Source: Eubacterium sp. (GTDB taxonomy: Bacteria > Bacillota > Clostridia > Lachnospirales > Lachnospiraceae). Taken from it: a DNA stretch of 64,000 nt. Below are positions 25,518-36,124 of the stretch, piece by piece. The position numbers and the translations under genes are program-made. Below the pieces are notes generated by a model. That model saw only the letters and a list, made by a program, of their open reading frames with translations. It was not told the DNA's origin and searched no databases. Within the stretch, counting starts at the first letter, position 1. Every line of letters starts with the position of its first letter. The stretch lies in the NCBI GenBank assembly GCA_016292095.1, contig JAEFAB010000007.1:41240-105239 (forward strand), read 5' to 3'.

Positions 25518-27035
25518 TTATTGAATTGTTTCTTTCCACTCCGGATAAGAGATGTATTCGTATGTGATATCTAAAGGATAGTGATAATAATTATTGAAAT
25601 TTTGCTGCCAAACTTCATCACAAGGACTTACATTAACAGTATAAATATTTGAAAATGGCAAAAATGGAACTGTTATTTGTTTCTTTCCGGCTTCAATTTG
25701 TGATTCGATGTACTGTGCCTTCTCGTTCGCTGCATGATTAAGGAAGATGCTACATCTTATATCTTTTACCATACATAAAACAGTAAAAATGATAACAGCA
25801 TAAACAATCCAATTATAATACTGTCCAAGTTTCTTATGCTGAATAAATGTTAATGTTCCTTCTTTAATACAGTATTCAATGATTTCAACAATAAAGAGAG
25901 CAAACATCAAATAACTGCTAAGGAAACAGCGAGCATTAATAGGATCTGAAATAATTAACGGAAAAACTAAAAACGGTTGAGCTAACAGTGTTGTCAAAAT
26001 CAATAGTCGATCCTTTTTATTTGAGATTCCCTTTATAACGCAATAAACAAGACTAAGGCAAAAAACAATATATATGATTGCAGACAACGAATTGTCATAT
26101 TCAAAATAAAAAGAGGTATCTTCGGAATATGCCTTATACATGAAAAATAGTGTGGCAAAAACATAAAATTTCAAGAATATTTTTTTGTATTTTATATTTG
26201 TAGCCATTACAAAAATAATTGCGGTAATACCTAATACAATCATTAAATATTTATTGTTGATAAACCAATATGGCAACGTTTGTGTAGTGAATTTATCCCA
26301 TGTGCTCTGGAACCAGGAAGGACTTCCTAAAGGCATGTTGATGTCTTTGTAAGTTTTGGAACTTCCCACAGAAGCGTTGTAGTAAGCTGAATTTTGGAAC
26401 ATTATTATAGCTCCGATTATATTGCTAAGGAACAATATAAAATAGTGCTTATTTAACATGCGATTCTGAAACCAGTAAAAAAGATTAGTAAATATGCCTG
26501 CCAGAATAAAGAAAATTGTTGAATTTTCTACAAGCAACTGAGATAGGATTCCAAAAACAAACCATACAGATATTTCCAAAATCTTCACTTTTCTATCGTC
26601 ATAATATTTTTTCAAAAATAAAATGTATATCATTATGGACAGAAAGGAAAAAATATAATTAGAAAAACCGGAAATCCAGCCAAATGTCTGGGTAAACATA
26701 TTTTTAGGCATAACCACATTTAACACCAAAAAAATCAAAATAAGATATTTTTTATCAAGTATTTTGTTAAGGCATAAATAAATGCATCCTACAATTGCAC
26801 CTTCGATAAGGGCAGTTACAATCACCGGGCATCGAACCAATATAATTACAAGTATATTTCCTAAATAACGTCCGTTATAGCCTACAAAATAATCCTTTAA
26901 TCGTTCAATGCCTATGTGAGAACCCCATGTCCAATCATCAAGATTTTTTGGAATAAATAAGAGCATAATCACATATAACAATATGAAAATAGTGATTGTT
27001 AGATTTAATAATTTTTGCTTATTTAGTGTATTCAT
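25518..27035 (-). CDS. Polytopic membrane protein, DUF6056-like putative GT-C transferase
   Basis: DDWTW..YNGRYLGN N-terminal motif, >10 TMs; convergent with gtrB-like gene. Confidence 0.6.
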   Translation of the reverse strand: MNTLNKQKLLNLTITIFILLYVIMLLFIPKNLDDWTWGSHIGIERLKDYFVGYNGRYLGNILVIILVRCPVIVTALIEGAIVGCIYLCLNKILDKKYLILIFLVLNVVMPKNMFTQTFGWISGFSNYIFSFLSIMIYILFLKKYYDDRKVKILEISVWFVFGILSQLLVENSTIFFILAGIFTNLFYWFQNRMLNKHYFILFLSNIIGAIIMFQNSAYYNASVGSSKTYKDINMPLGSPSWFQSTWDKFTTQTLPYWFINNKYLMIVLGITAIIFVMATNIKYKKIFLKFYVFATLFFMYKAYSEDTSFYFEYDNSLSAIIYIVFCLSLVYCVIKGISNKKDRLLILTTLLAQPFLVFPLIISDPINARCFLSSYLMFALFIVEIIEYCIKEGTLTFIQHKKLGQYYNWIVYAVIIFTVLCMVKDIRCSIFLNHAANEKAQYIESQIEAGKKQITVPFLPFSNIYTVNVSPCDEVWQQNFNNYYHYPLDITYEYISYPEWKETIQ

Positions 27036-27234
27036 TGTTTTTCTTTCCCTTTTATGAATAGTAGTTGGTTTTGACACCAAGTTAATAATATATCATATAA
27101 AAGAAATAAATCAAAGGGCTGGCGGAAATTTAAAAGATTATTGTACGAACAGTAAAAGAATAAAATTTGAATAAAGTATGTAATAATGGTATAATTGGAA
27201 TGTTAATTTATAATAAATGAATGAAAGGACTTCT

Positions 27235-29784
27235 ATGAAAGAGGTAATAGAAACACGAGATTATCGAAAAGTAAAAAGAGAGATTGTAAAAAATCAGAAA
27301 GAAGCTTTTAAACTGAATAAGTTTTTCAGAAATAGAGTTCAGTATGTTGATGCATATAAAAAATATGATGTAAAAGAAAATATTGTTTTGTATCAGTCAT
27401 ACTTTGGACGAGGATTGATTTGCAGTCCCTATGCTTTGTTTAAGCAGGCTTTAAAGGATGAAAGATTTTCCAATTTTACACATGTGTGGGTGTTGGATGA
27501 CATGAGCCAGCATGATGTGGAAAGAGAATTATATAAAGAATATAAGAATGTCATTTTCATTGAAATTGACAGCGAGGAATACTATAAGTATTTATCCTCT
27601 GCAAAATACCTGATTAATAACGTAACCTTCCCGTACTATTTCGTAAAGAAAGAGGGACAGGTGGTATTAAATACCTGGCATGGTATTCCTTTAAAGCATC
27701 TGGGTTATGATATGCCACGAGGAAATGTGGAAACAGGAAATATGTTCCGTAACTTTATGATGTCAGATTACATTGTTTCTCCGACAGAATTTACAACGGA
27801 AAACTTCCGCACAGCCTATAGATTGCAGGGGATTTACGAAGGAAGCATTGTTGAAACAGGTTATCCGAGAAATGATGTATTCTTCGAAAATGATAAAGAA
27901 GCATTAATTGAAAAATTCAAAAAATTCGGTGTGGAAATCGATCCGAATAAGAAAGTGGTTATCTATGCACCAACCTGGAAAGGAGAAGCATACGGAAATC
28001 CGGATTTGGATATTGATTCTTATGATCGATTTTTGGAAACTGTATATCAATATGTAGATAAAGATGAGTATCAGGTATTGTTTAAACCCCATCAGGTAGT
28101 TTATAAGCATTTGCGTGATAAGGGATTATTGGACAGCCATTACATTCCGGCTTTAATTGATACCAATGAATTGTTATCCGTGACAGATGTTTTGATTTCC
28201 GATTATTCCAGCATTTTCTTTGACTTTATGGTTACAGGAAAGCCGATTTTATTCTATATTCCTGATTTGGAAACTTATTCCGAGCAGCGTGGTTTGTACT
28301 TTGAACCGGACCGTTTGCCGGGACCGATTACAAAGGACGTCAATGAAATTGGAAAATGGTTGAAAGATATCGATCAGGTTGATACATTCTATGACGCGTC
28401 AAAATATCAGATTGTTAAAGACTGGGCGATTAAGTATGAAGATGGTCATGTTTGCGAAAGAATTATTGATGTGATGCTGGGAAATGAAGGAGACACACTT
28501 ATTCACAGAGATTTCTCCACAGACAAAATTAAACTGTTAATTCACAACGACACTATGAAAACCAATGGAATTACAACTTCCATTATGAACTTGTTGAACA
28601 ACTTGGATTACGATAAGTATGACGTGACTCTATCAGCCGGAAAATCAAGAAAGGCTGAGATTGAAGAAGCGGAAGATAATATATGCAATGTGAATCCGAA
28701 TGTAAGAGTATTTTATAGAAACTCAACTTACAGTGGAACCCTAAAGGAAAACATTGAGAATGAGTTGGTAATGCAGTATGGCGTGGAAGTTGCGAAAGCA
28801 CGAAAAGCATTTCCAGCAGAATTCTATGAAAGAGAATTCGACAGATGTTTCCCGAATGCACACTTTGATTACGTAATTAACTTTGCCGGTTATTCTAACT
28901 TTTTGGCATTGATGTTGGCATCAAAAACAGACTGCAAGAAGCTGATTTGGATGCACAATGATATGATGGCAGAAAGAGAACGATTTGAAAACGGCGAGCA
29001 GCGATTCAAAGTATTGGCATCCATCTATGATTTGTATGACCGTTATGTATCCTGTTCAAAATCCGTTATGGAAATCAATTACGAAAGTTTGGGAACAGAA
29101 GATACAAAGGATAAATTTTCTTATGCGAGAAATGTCGTGGATGATAAGAGAATTTTAGATGGAATCAAGGAAGAACGCTGGATTGATGTTAAGGATAAAC
29201 CATACTATGTAAAAAGTATTGATGAAAAGGTTGGAGAGCGTTGCCGCATTGAATTGGTAGACGGAATTGAGGACCAATGTACAAACTTTGTTACAATGGG
29301 ACGACTTTCCATGGAAAAGAATCATTTGGCAATGATTGAGGCGTTCAAAAGATTATATGATGAAAATCAGAATGTACGTCTTCATATTTTAGGGGAAGGT
29401 CCTTTGAAAGATGAAGAAGAACGTTTAATTAAGAAATATAGCCTTCAGAATAAAGTTCGGTTGACAGGAAATCTATCCAATCCATTTGCTTACATTAAGC
29501 ATTGTGATTGCTATCTTATGCCATCCCTTCATGAGGGACAGCCTATGGCTATTTTAGAAGCACGTATGATGAAGATGCCAATTATCGTATCAGACTTCAG
29601 TACGATAAAAGATAGTCTTTATGAAAATGGACAGTTGTTAATCAAGAAAGATGTCGATTCCATTTACGAAGGAATGAAAGCATTTATTGAGGGCAAGGTG
29701 CCAAATGAATTCGTCTTTAAAGTAGAGGAATACAATCAGTTGGCAATGAAAGAATTTTTGAATAACTTATCTTTTAATTCATAG
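27235..29784 (+). CDS. Fusion of CDP-glycerol glycerophosphotransferase (TagF-like) and GT4 (GT-B)
   Basis: NTWHGIPLK, GYPRND, YAPTWKG, ISDYSSIFFD; C-terminal MGRLSMEKN, PSLHEGQP. Confidence 0.88.
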   Translation: MKEVIETRDYRKVKREIVKNQKEAFKLNKFFRNRVQYVDAYKKYDVKENIVLYQSYFGRGLICSPYALFKQALKDERFSNFTHVWVLDDMSQHDVERELYKEYKNVIFIEIDSEEYYKYLSSAKYLINNVTFPYYFVKKEGQVVLNTWHGIPLKHLGYDMPRGNVETGNMFRNFMMSDYIVSPTEFTTENFRTAYRLQGIYEGSIVETGYPRNDVFFENDKEALIEKFKKFGVEIDPNKKVVIYAPTWKGEAYGNPDLDIDSYDRFLETVYQYVDKDEYQVLFKPHQVVYKHLRDKGLLDSHYIPALIDTNELLSVTDVLISDYSSIFFDFMVTGKPILFYIPDLETYSEQRGLYFEPDRLPGPITKDVNEIGKWLKDIDQVDTFYDASKYQIVKDWAIKYEDGHVCERIIDVMLGNEGDTLIHRDFSTDKIKLLIHNDTMKTNGITTSIMNLLNNLDYDKYDVTLSAGKSRKAEIEEAEDNICNVNPNVRVFYRNSTYSGTLKENIENELVMQYGVEVAKARKAFPAEFYEREFDRCFPNAHFDYVINFAGYSNFLALMLASKTDCKKLIWMHNDMMAERERFENGEQRFKVLASIYDLYDRYVSCSKSVMEINYESLGTEDTKDKFSYARNVVDDKRILDGIKEERWIDVKDKPYYVKSIDEKVGERCRIELVDGIEDQCTNFVTMGRLSMEKNHLAMIEAFKRLYDENQNVRLHILGEGPLKDEEERLIKKYSLQNKVRLTGNLSNPFAYIKHCDCYLMPSLHEGQPMAILEARMMKMPIIVSDFSTIKDSLYENGQLLIKKDVDSIYEGMKAFIEGKVPNEFVFKVEEYNQLAMKEFLNNLSFNS

Positions 29785-29799
29785 AAGGGATACTTTAAT

Positions 29800-31428
29800 A
29801 TGATTCAGTCAAAAAAGAGAAGCTTTAAAGAATATAAAAAACAGACGGAAACATTCCATGCAACAATGGATAAAACATCTATGCTTGCATATGCAAAGTA
29901 TTTGAATGCACCAATTGTTCCGGGAACCGTTTTTTACCTGAATTACAATCGAAACGGAAATCATGAAAGAGGAAATGCAATTGTAAAAGCCTTAAAAGAC
30001 AAAAAAGTGATTTCAAGTTTTGTAATGAGGAATGATTTTTCCGGCGAGAAACATGTGAAATTTATAAAGAAGAAAAGCGAAGACTTTTTCAAATACCTGG
30101 CAACCGCCGAGTATATTATTACAGATGTTACCCTGAGCCCATACTTCGTGCAGAAGAAAGGACAGTGTGTAATTAATATTTTGGATAACTGCGACACAGC
30201 GCTTTACACAGCAAAGGCTGCTCTGAGCAGACAGTTATTAAAGAGTGATGTCGTAGTTGAAGCAACGCCGGAAAAAGGGAAGGAAAAAGTTCAGGAATTT
30301 GTTGGAAATACCTGGAGCTTTTCCGGTGAATATATGTCTGATGAACAGGTCATTCAGATGATTCGCGAAGGCAAGAAAGTGGAACGCAAACCCCTTGAAA
30401 AGAAAACTGTTGCCATTGCAGCAACGTTCGATTTGGCAGAAATCTGGGTTCCTCGATTATTCCATGTGATAAAACAGTATGACTTGGAAAAGGAACATGT
30501 AATTCTTATTGTAGACAATACAAACATTGAAGAATTATCCGGATATTTAAGAAATATTCCGGATGAGGTAACCATTGTAACCAGACAGGGATGGTTCCTG
30601 GCAGAAGAAAAACTTCAGGACTTATATGCGTACATTAAAACAGACTTGATGGTTCTTAAAGATGTTAATGAGATTTATTCTTATATTAAGAAAGATGTCT
30701 ATCGGACAGAATTCAACACAATTGCAGGAAATGCGAAAATTGATGAATTTGTTTTCTTAGGTGACAGTATGACCCAGAGAAGATATTGGTATATGATGGG
30801 TGGTGCTGTAGAAGCGGCAAAGAAAGTCATCGGATTTGATAACTCCACAGATGAAGAGTTTTTGGTTCAGGACAATGAATTGCGAAGTGCATATGAGTCG
30901 AACATGAAAAAAGTTTACGAAATGTTTGATGAGGTGTTGTTCTGGGGAGAAGAGCAGAAGAAAGAATATCTTGAAAAGGTTGAAGATCTGAAGGCAGAAA
31001 CCCGCACCGTTATTATTGATGAATACCTGGATTATCAGTTGAGAATGCTGGAGTTCAACTTGTTGGGAAAACGGGCAATTGCTTACAATATTTTCAATCA
31101 TGATAAGATGATGGACATAATGAAGTTGCCGAAGTCCGGATATGATGTTATTGTAGTAGAGAATGATGATGAATGTACTTTAGAGTATGCAGCTAAAATA
31201 GAACAAATCATCAAAGAAAATGCAGACAAAGAATATTTCTTAATTGATTTGAACGACATCAGCAAATCGGTGTACACAGCAATAGTTGATGCCAACAGTA
31301 ACATCTCTATGTACAGAGGAGCTGTTTATTTAAAAGCGGCGATGAAGAATGCGGACAAGGTGATTGTTGGCGAAGCAAATAAGCGTTTGAGAAAAATTTT
31401 AGCAGACAGTAAGGTAGACATGATTTAA
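29800..31428 (+). CDS. Degenerate TagF-like/GT-B-like protein, probable pseudoenzyme
   Basis: FFKYLATAEYIITDVTLSPYFVQKKGQ resembles TagF, but WHG, GYPRND, YAPTW and SDYSS motifs are absent. Confidence 0.55.
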   Translation: MIQSKKRSFKEYKKQTETFHATMDKTSMLAYAKYLNAPIVPGTVFYLNYNRNGNHERGNAIVKALKDKKVISSFVMRNDFSGEKHVKFIKKKSEDFFKYLATAEYIITDVTLSPYFVQKKGQCVINILDNCDTALYTAKAALSRQLLKSDVVVEATPEKGKEKVQEFVGNTWSFSGEYMSDEQVIQMIREGKKVERKPLEKKTVAIAATFDLAEIWVPRLFHVIKQYDLEKEHVILIVDNTNIEELSGYLRNIPDEVTIVTRQGWFLAEEKLQDLYAYIKTDLMVLKDVNEIYSYIKKDVYRTEFNTIAGNAKIDEFVFLGDSMTQRRYWYMMGGAVEAAKKVIGFDNSTDEEFLVQDNELRSAYESNMKKVYEMFDEVLFWGEEQKKEYLEKVEDLKAETRTVIIDEYLDYQLRMLEFNLLGKRAIAYNIFNHDKMMDIMKLPKSGYDVIVVENDDECTLEYAAKIEQIIKENADKEYFLIDLNDISKSVYTAIVDANSNISMYRGAVYLKAAMKNADKVIVGEANKRLRKILADSKVDMI

Positions 31429-31462
31429 TAGAAGTAAAACTTTTTGAGAGGAAGGTAGCACA

Positions 31463-32656
31463 ATGAAGATTGCAGTTGCAGGAACAGGTTATGTAGGACT
31501 TGCCAATTCCGTATTATTGGCACAGAACAATGAGGTTTATGCTATTGACATTATTCCTGAAAAGGTAGAAATGATTAATAACAAAGTTTCCCCAATCGTT
31601 GATAAGGAAATTACAGAATATCTTACAACAAAAGAATTAAATCTTACAGCGACATTGGACGGGAAAGAGGCATATAAGGAAGCGGATTATATCGTTATTG
31701 CCACTCCGACAAATTACAATGAAGAACAGAACTTTTTCGATACTTCATCGATTGAAAGTGTATTGGACATTGTAAAAGAAGTTGGAACAAATGCAACAAT
31801 CGTAATTAAATCAACAATTCCAGTAGGATATACATTATCCATCAGAGAAAAATATAAAGACAGCATCGGTTCAAAGATTATCTTTTCACCGGAATTCTTA
31901 AGAGAAGGAAAGGCATTATATGACAATCTGTATCCTTCAAGAATCATTGTTGGGGTACCAAACTATGATGCGGAATTAGTGGAAAAGGCGAAGGGCTTTG
32001 CGGAATTATTAAAGCAGGGTGCGATTAAAGAAGATATTAAGACTTTGATTATTAACCCGACAGAAGCAGAAGCAGTGAAGCTTTTTGCAAATACTTATCT
32101 TGCAATGCGAGTTTCTTACTTCAATGAGTTAGATACTTATGCGGAATTGAAGGGATTAAATACAATGGAAATCATCGAAGGTGTTGGATTAGATCCACGT
32201 ATTGGTGATCATTACAATAACCCATCCTTCGGTTATGGTGGATATTGTCTTCCAAAGGACACAAAGCAGTTATTGGCAAACTTTGCAGGCGTGCCAAACG
32301 ATATTGTGAAAGCAATCGTAGATGCAAATCATACAAGAAAGAAACACATTGCGCATCAGGTACTTGCAAGATGTCCAAAGGTTGTAGGTGTATATCGTTT
32401 GACGATGAAAGCAGATTCCGATAACTTCCGTCAGTCATCCATCCAGAGCGTTATCAAGATGTTAAAAAATAACGGAGTGGATATTGTGATTTATGAGCCA
32501 ACATTAAAGGATGAATCATTTGACGGAAACAAGGTTATTGAAAATTTTGAAGAATTCAAGAAAGTTTCAGACGTGATTATTGCAAACAGATTCGAAACAG
32601 GCTTGGAAGATGTAAAAGACAAACTTTACACGAGAGATATTTATTTCAGAGATTAA
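31463..32656 (+). CDS. ugd: UDP-glucose 6-dehydrogenase
   Basis: [34 protein letters not shown]. Confidence 0.95.
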   Translation: MKIAVAGTGYVGLANSVLLAQNNEVYAIDIIPEKVEMINNKVSPIVDKEITEYLTTKELNLTATLDGKEAYKEADYIVIATPTNYNEEQNFFDTSSIESVLDIVKEVGTNATIVIKSTIPVGYTLSIREKYKDSIGSKIIFSPEFLREGKALYDNLYPSRIIVGVPNYDAELVEKAKGFAELLKQGAIKEDIKTLIINPTEAEAVKLFANTYLAMRVSYFNELDTYAELKGLNTMEIIEGVGLDPRIGDHYNNPSFGYGGYCLPKDTKQLLANFAGVPNDIVKAIVDANHTRKKHIAHQVLARCPKVVGVYRLTMKADSDNFRQSSIQSVIKMLKNNGVDIVIYEPTLKDESFDGNKVIENFEEFKKVSDVIIANRFETGLEDVKDKLYTRDIYFRD

Positions 32657-32716
32657 TAGAAAAGCCGAAGAGAAATATAAATTTCTTTTCGGTTTTCTTT
32701 TTAGAGGAGTAGAAAA

Positions 32717-33343
32717 ATGGATTTTTTAAAGAGAAAAGATATCCCTCTGGTTACAATCATCTTAGTAGCAGTGAATGTGATCATCTTTTTATACATGGAT
32801 TTTACCGGAAACACGAGAGATACGATGTATTTATATGAGCATGGAGCAATGGAAGTTTCTGCCGTTTTGGATCATGGTGAGTGGTATCGTGTGTTAACCC
32901 ATATGTTTATGCATTCCGGAATAGAACATTTGGGAAACAATATGTTAATGCTGGGTGTTGTGGGATATACCATTGAGAATATTTACGGAAGATGGAAATA
33001 TCTGATTTCTTACTTTATCTGTGGCATTTGCGCTACAATCTTTTCGGCAGCATATGATATTTACACGAATCAGTATCCGGTAGGCGTGGGTGCTTCCGGT
33101 GCGATTATGGGAATTTTTGGGATTTATATTATGATGTCTGTAAAAAGCAAAATGGAGGATGGAATCGGAGATCCAATCAGGCTGTTGGTACTGATGGCGT
33201 TAATGATTTTTGGAAATATGCAGGAAGGTGTAGACTGGATGGCACATTTAGGCGGCGGATTAACCGGACTGGTATTAGGCCTTCTGTTATATCGACCGAA
33301 AAAAAGAGATAACACTTCCATGAAGTATTATCCCTATGAATAA
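32717..33343 (+). CDS. Rhomboid intramembrane serine protease
   Basis: HMFMH, GASG (catalytic Ser), AHLGG (catalytic His). Confidence 0.9.
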   Translation: MDFLKRKDIPLVTIILVAVNVIIFLYMDFTGNTRDTMYLYEHGAMEVSAVLDHGEWYRVLTHMFMHSGIEHLGNNMLMLGVVGYTIENIYGRWKYLISYFICGICATIFSAAYDIYTNQYPVGVGASGAIMGIFGIYIMMSVKSKMEDGIGDPIRLLVLMALMIFGNMQEGVDWMAHLGGGLTGLVLGLLLYRPKKRDNTSMKYYPYE

Positions 33344-33345
33344 TC

Positions 33346-34461
33346 TTAAATCTTTTTAATAATGTAATTGACCAGCTTGTTGTAGCCTAAGTATTTTTTC
33401 AATAATTCTAAAACCACGGAGACGGCTAAAGATACGGAAAGAAGTACCAAGGTGATAAGCCATACACTGTGGAAGGAATATGTAAAGTCATAATACCAGG
33501 TGGCACGAATAAAGTTATGGATTAAAAACATATCCATAGAATATTTTCCAAGAACTGAAAGCACATTTTTCAATACCGGAATTACATTTAGAAATTCAAA
33601 ACCGAATTCAACAATCAGGAACGCTAATAGCGCATTCCAAGTAGGGAATAGCGTTGGTGTTCCTGTTTTTTTGCGTAAATATATGAAAAATACAATTGCT
33701 AACAGGAAGCAGATAAACTTAATACCTTTCCCAAGAATCGGCAATGATTTGATTGGATTCCATTGGCGGATATGTGTAAGAAACTCTTTATCTGCTGAGA
33801 TGATTCCAATTGCAACAACAACAATGTACACTGGAAGAAATGAATAAGTACGCGGCTTGGATGCAGCTGTGGCAGAAACAGGAAATATAACGGAAAAGTA
33901 AATACTAGTTCCAAGAAGAACATACTGTCCAAATCTGTGATAGCACCAAAGCAGCAGTGGAAAAATAAAGATAATCAGCTGGGCTAAAGACATATACCAA
34001 AATGTGCTAATAAATGTAGGAGTATGAAACAACTGAGCCAATCCGAGAAAATCAAGAAAGGCATAAAATCCACTAATGATACCGGTTCCGTAAATTTTTG
34101 TATACCTTTCAAAGCCCATTACACAGGAGTAGAACTGAAGAGCGATAAATACAAAGAAAAAACCGCTCATCATTTTTACATAGCGCTTCAAAATCATAGA
34201 ACGCAATTCTGTTCCGGAATAAGTATATTCGGAATTGGCTTTCTTATAAGAAATCGTCAACCCATATGCCGTTAAGAAAACGAAAATTGAAACGCAGAGT
34301 TTCATTGCAAGGGCGATGGTATTCACAGTGTATTCGGAAAGTGGATAAAAAGAAATATCCATTCCGGGATATCGATTTGGAGTCATAAATAAATGATGAA
34401 AGAACATAAAAATAATGGCAAGTCCTTTAATCTTTTGAGTATCTTCTTTTGAAAAATGCAT
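33346..34461 (-). CDS. Acyltransferase-3 family membrane O-acyltransferase
   Basis: IKGLAIIFMFFHH, VSIFVFLTAYG, WYM, GKYSMDMFLIH. Confidence 0.8.
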   Translation of the reverse strand: MHFSKEDTQKIKGLAIIFMFFHHLFMTPNRYPGMDISFYPLSEYTVNTIALAMKLCVSIFVFLTAYGLTISYKKANSEYTYSGTELRSMILKRYVKMMSGFFFVFIALQFYSCVMGFERYTKIYGTGIISGFYAFLDFLGLAQLFHTPTFISTFWYMSLAQLIIFIFPLLLWCYHRFGQYVLLGTSIYFSVIFPVSATAASKPRTYSFLPVYIVVVAIGIISADKEFLTHIRQWNPIKSLPILGKGIKFICFLLAIVFFIYLRKKTGTPTLFPTWNALLAFLIVEFGFEFLNVIPVLKNVLSVLGKYSMDMFLIHNFIRATWYYDFTYSFHSVWLITLVLLSVSLAVSVVLELLKKYLGYNKLVNYIIKKI

Positions 34462-34596
34462 CTGTCATCTCCTAAAATCAAAAATAATCATTCATATCTT
34501 AGCATATTTAATTTACAAAATGCAATAAGGAGCATTGCGGGTGATTCTAGAAATCTAGGTTAGAATATGATATGATGAGTGGAAAGGAGGCGTACG

Positions 34597-35001
34597 ATGG
34601 AAGATTGTATTTTTTGTAAATTAGCAAATGGTGTATTTGAGACAAATACATTATATGAAGACGGAGACTTCCGTGTAATATTTGATGCAAGTCCTGCTAC
34701 TGTAGGACATGTATTGATTATCCCAAAGGAACATTATGCAAATGTTTTTGAAATTCCTGAAGAGTTGGCAGGAAAGGCTTACATTCTGGCAAAGAAAGTT
34801 GCGGCTGTATTAACAGAAGTGACAGGATGTAAAGGGGTTAACATTCTGCAGAACAATGGAGAAGCTGCAGGACAGACTGTTTTCCATTTCCATATGCACG
34901 TTGTTCCACGTTATGACGAAAAAATCATTACATGGGTTCAGCAGGAAGCAGAACAGGACAAGATTGACGAGATTATTAATAAAGCAAAAGACTTGTTCTA
35001 A
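34597..35001 (+). CDS. HIT family hydrolase
   Basis: CIFC, GHVLIIPKEH, HFHMHVVPR. Confidence 0.93.
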   Translation: MEDCIFCKLANGVFETNTLYEDGDFRVIFDASPATVGHVLIIPKEHYANVFEIPEELAGKAYILAKKVAAVLTEVTGCKGVNILQNNGEAAGQTVFHFHMHVVPRYDEKIITWVQQEAEQDKIDEIINKAKDLF

Positions 35002-35045
35002 GAGAAAAGAAACACCATCGTAAATCGATACGATGGTGTTTTTTA

Positions 35046-36104
35046 TTATGACAATTCTTTAATTAACTGAATAATTTTTTCGACCCCTCCGGTTCCGTCG
35101 GAGTTTTTCATTTTTGCAATGTAAGCGTCACGGTTGTTGTAAACTTTTTCCACGGCCTGAATTAAATCCTTGGCTGTGGCAACGTCTTCATCCAAAACTT
35201 CGCTGAATCCCTGCTTTGCAAAGGATTTTGCATTTAAAATCTGGTCGCCACGGCTTGCAGCGGCAGATAATGGAATTAATACGTTTGGCTTTCCTAAAGC
35301 AACGATTTCACAAATGGAATTGGCACCGGCTCTGGAAATAATCAGGTCTGCCATAGCAAAGAAGTCTTTCATTTCATCGCTGATATATTCAAACTGACAA
35401 TACCCTTCTGTTCCAATCAGGCTTTCATCTAACTTGCCTTTTCCGCAAAGGTGGGCTACTTGGAAATCTTTTAAAAGCTCCGGTAATGCTTCTCGGACTA
35501 ACTGATTGACCTTTTCTGCCCCAAGGCTTCCGCCGGTAACCATAAGAACCGGTTTGTTGGCAGTGAAACCACATAAATTCAAGGCGGTTAATTTGTTCCC
35601 TTCAAATAATTCCTGACGAATCGGGGAACCGGTATGTACTGCCTTGTTTCCTAAGTGTGCTGCAGTTTCCGGAAAGTTGTGGCATACTTTGGTAGCTTTC
35701 TTAATTGCCAGTTTGTTTGCCAATCCCGGAGTCATATCAGATTCATGAATGATTACAGGAACTTTATATTTTGCTGCGGCATATACCACAGGAACCGTAA
35801 CAAATCCGCCTTTGGAAAAAACCACATCCGGTTGATATTTCTTAATGATTTTCTTTGCTTCAAAGTAACCTTTAATAACACGAAACGGATCGGTAAAATT
35901 CTTTAAACTGAAATAGCGACGGAGCTTTCCGGAAGAAATTCCTTCATAATCCAATCCGGCGTCCTGTACCAACTTCTTTTCCATTCCTTCTTTTGTTCCG
36001 ATATATTTGATTTCATAATCATTTTCTTTAAGCTTTGGAACCAGGGCAATGTTTGGTGTAACATGTCCGGCAGTTCCACCACCTGTAAGAACAATCTTTT
36101 TCAT
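35046..36104 (-). CDS. murG: Undecaprenyl-PP-MurNAc-pentapeptide GlcNAc transferase
   Basis: TGGGTAGHVTP, KGGFVTVP, HESD, GSPIR, GGSLGA, SRAGANS, DQILNA. Confidence 0.95.
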   Translation of the reverse strand: MKKIVLTGGGTAGHVTPNIALVPKLKENDYEIKYIGTKEGMEKKLVQDAGLDYEGISSGKLRRYFSLKNFTDPFRVIKGYFEAKKIIKKYQPDVVFSKGGFVTVPVVYAAAKYKVPVIIHESDMTPGLANKLAIKKATKVCHNFPETAAHLGNKAVHTGSPIRQELFEGNKLTALNLCGFTANKPVLMVTGGSLGAEKVNQLVREALPELLKDFQVAHLCGKGKLDESLIGTEGYCQFEYISDEMKDFFAMADLIISRAGANSICEIVALGKPNVLIPLSAAASRGDQILNAKSFAKQGFSEVLDEDVATAKDLIQAVEKVYNNRDAYIAKMKNSDGTGGVEKIIQLIKELS

Positions 36105-36124
36105 TTTGTCAGTTCTCCCGTTTA

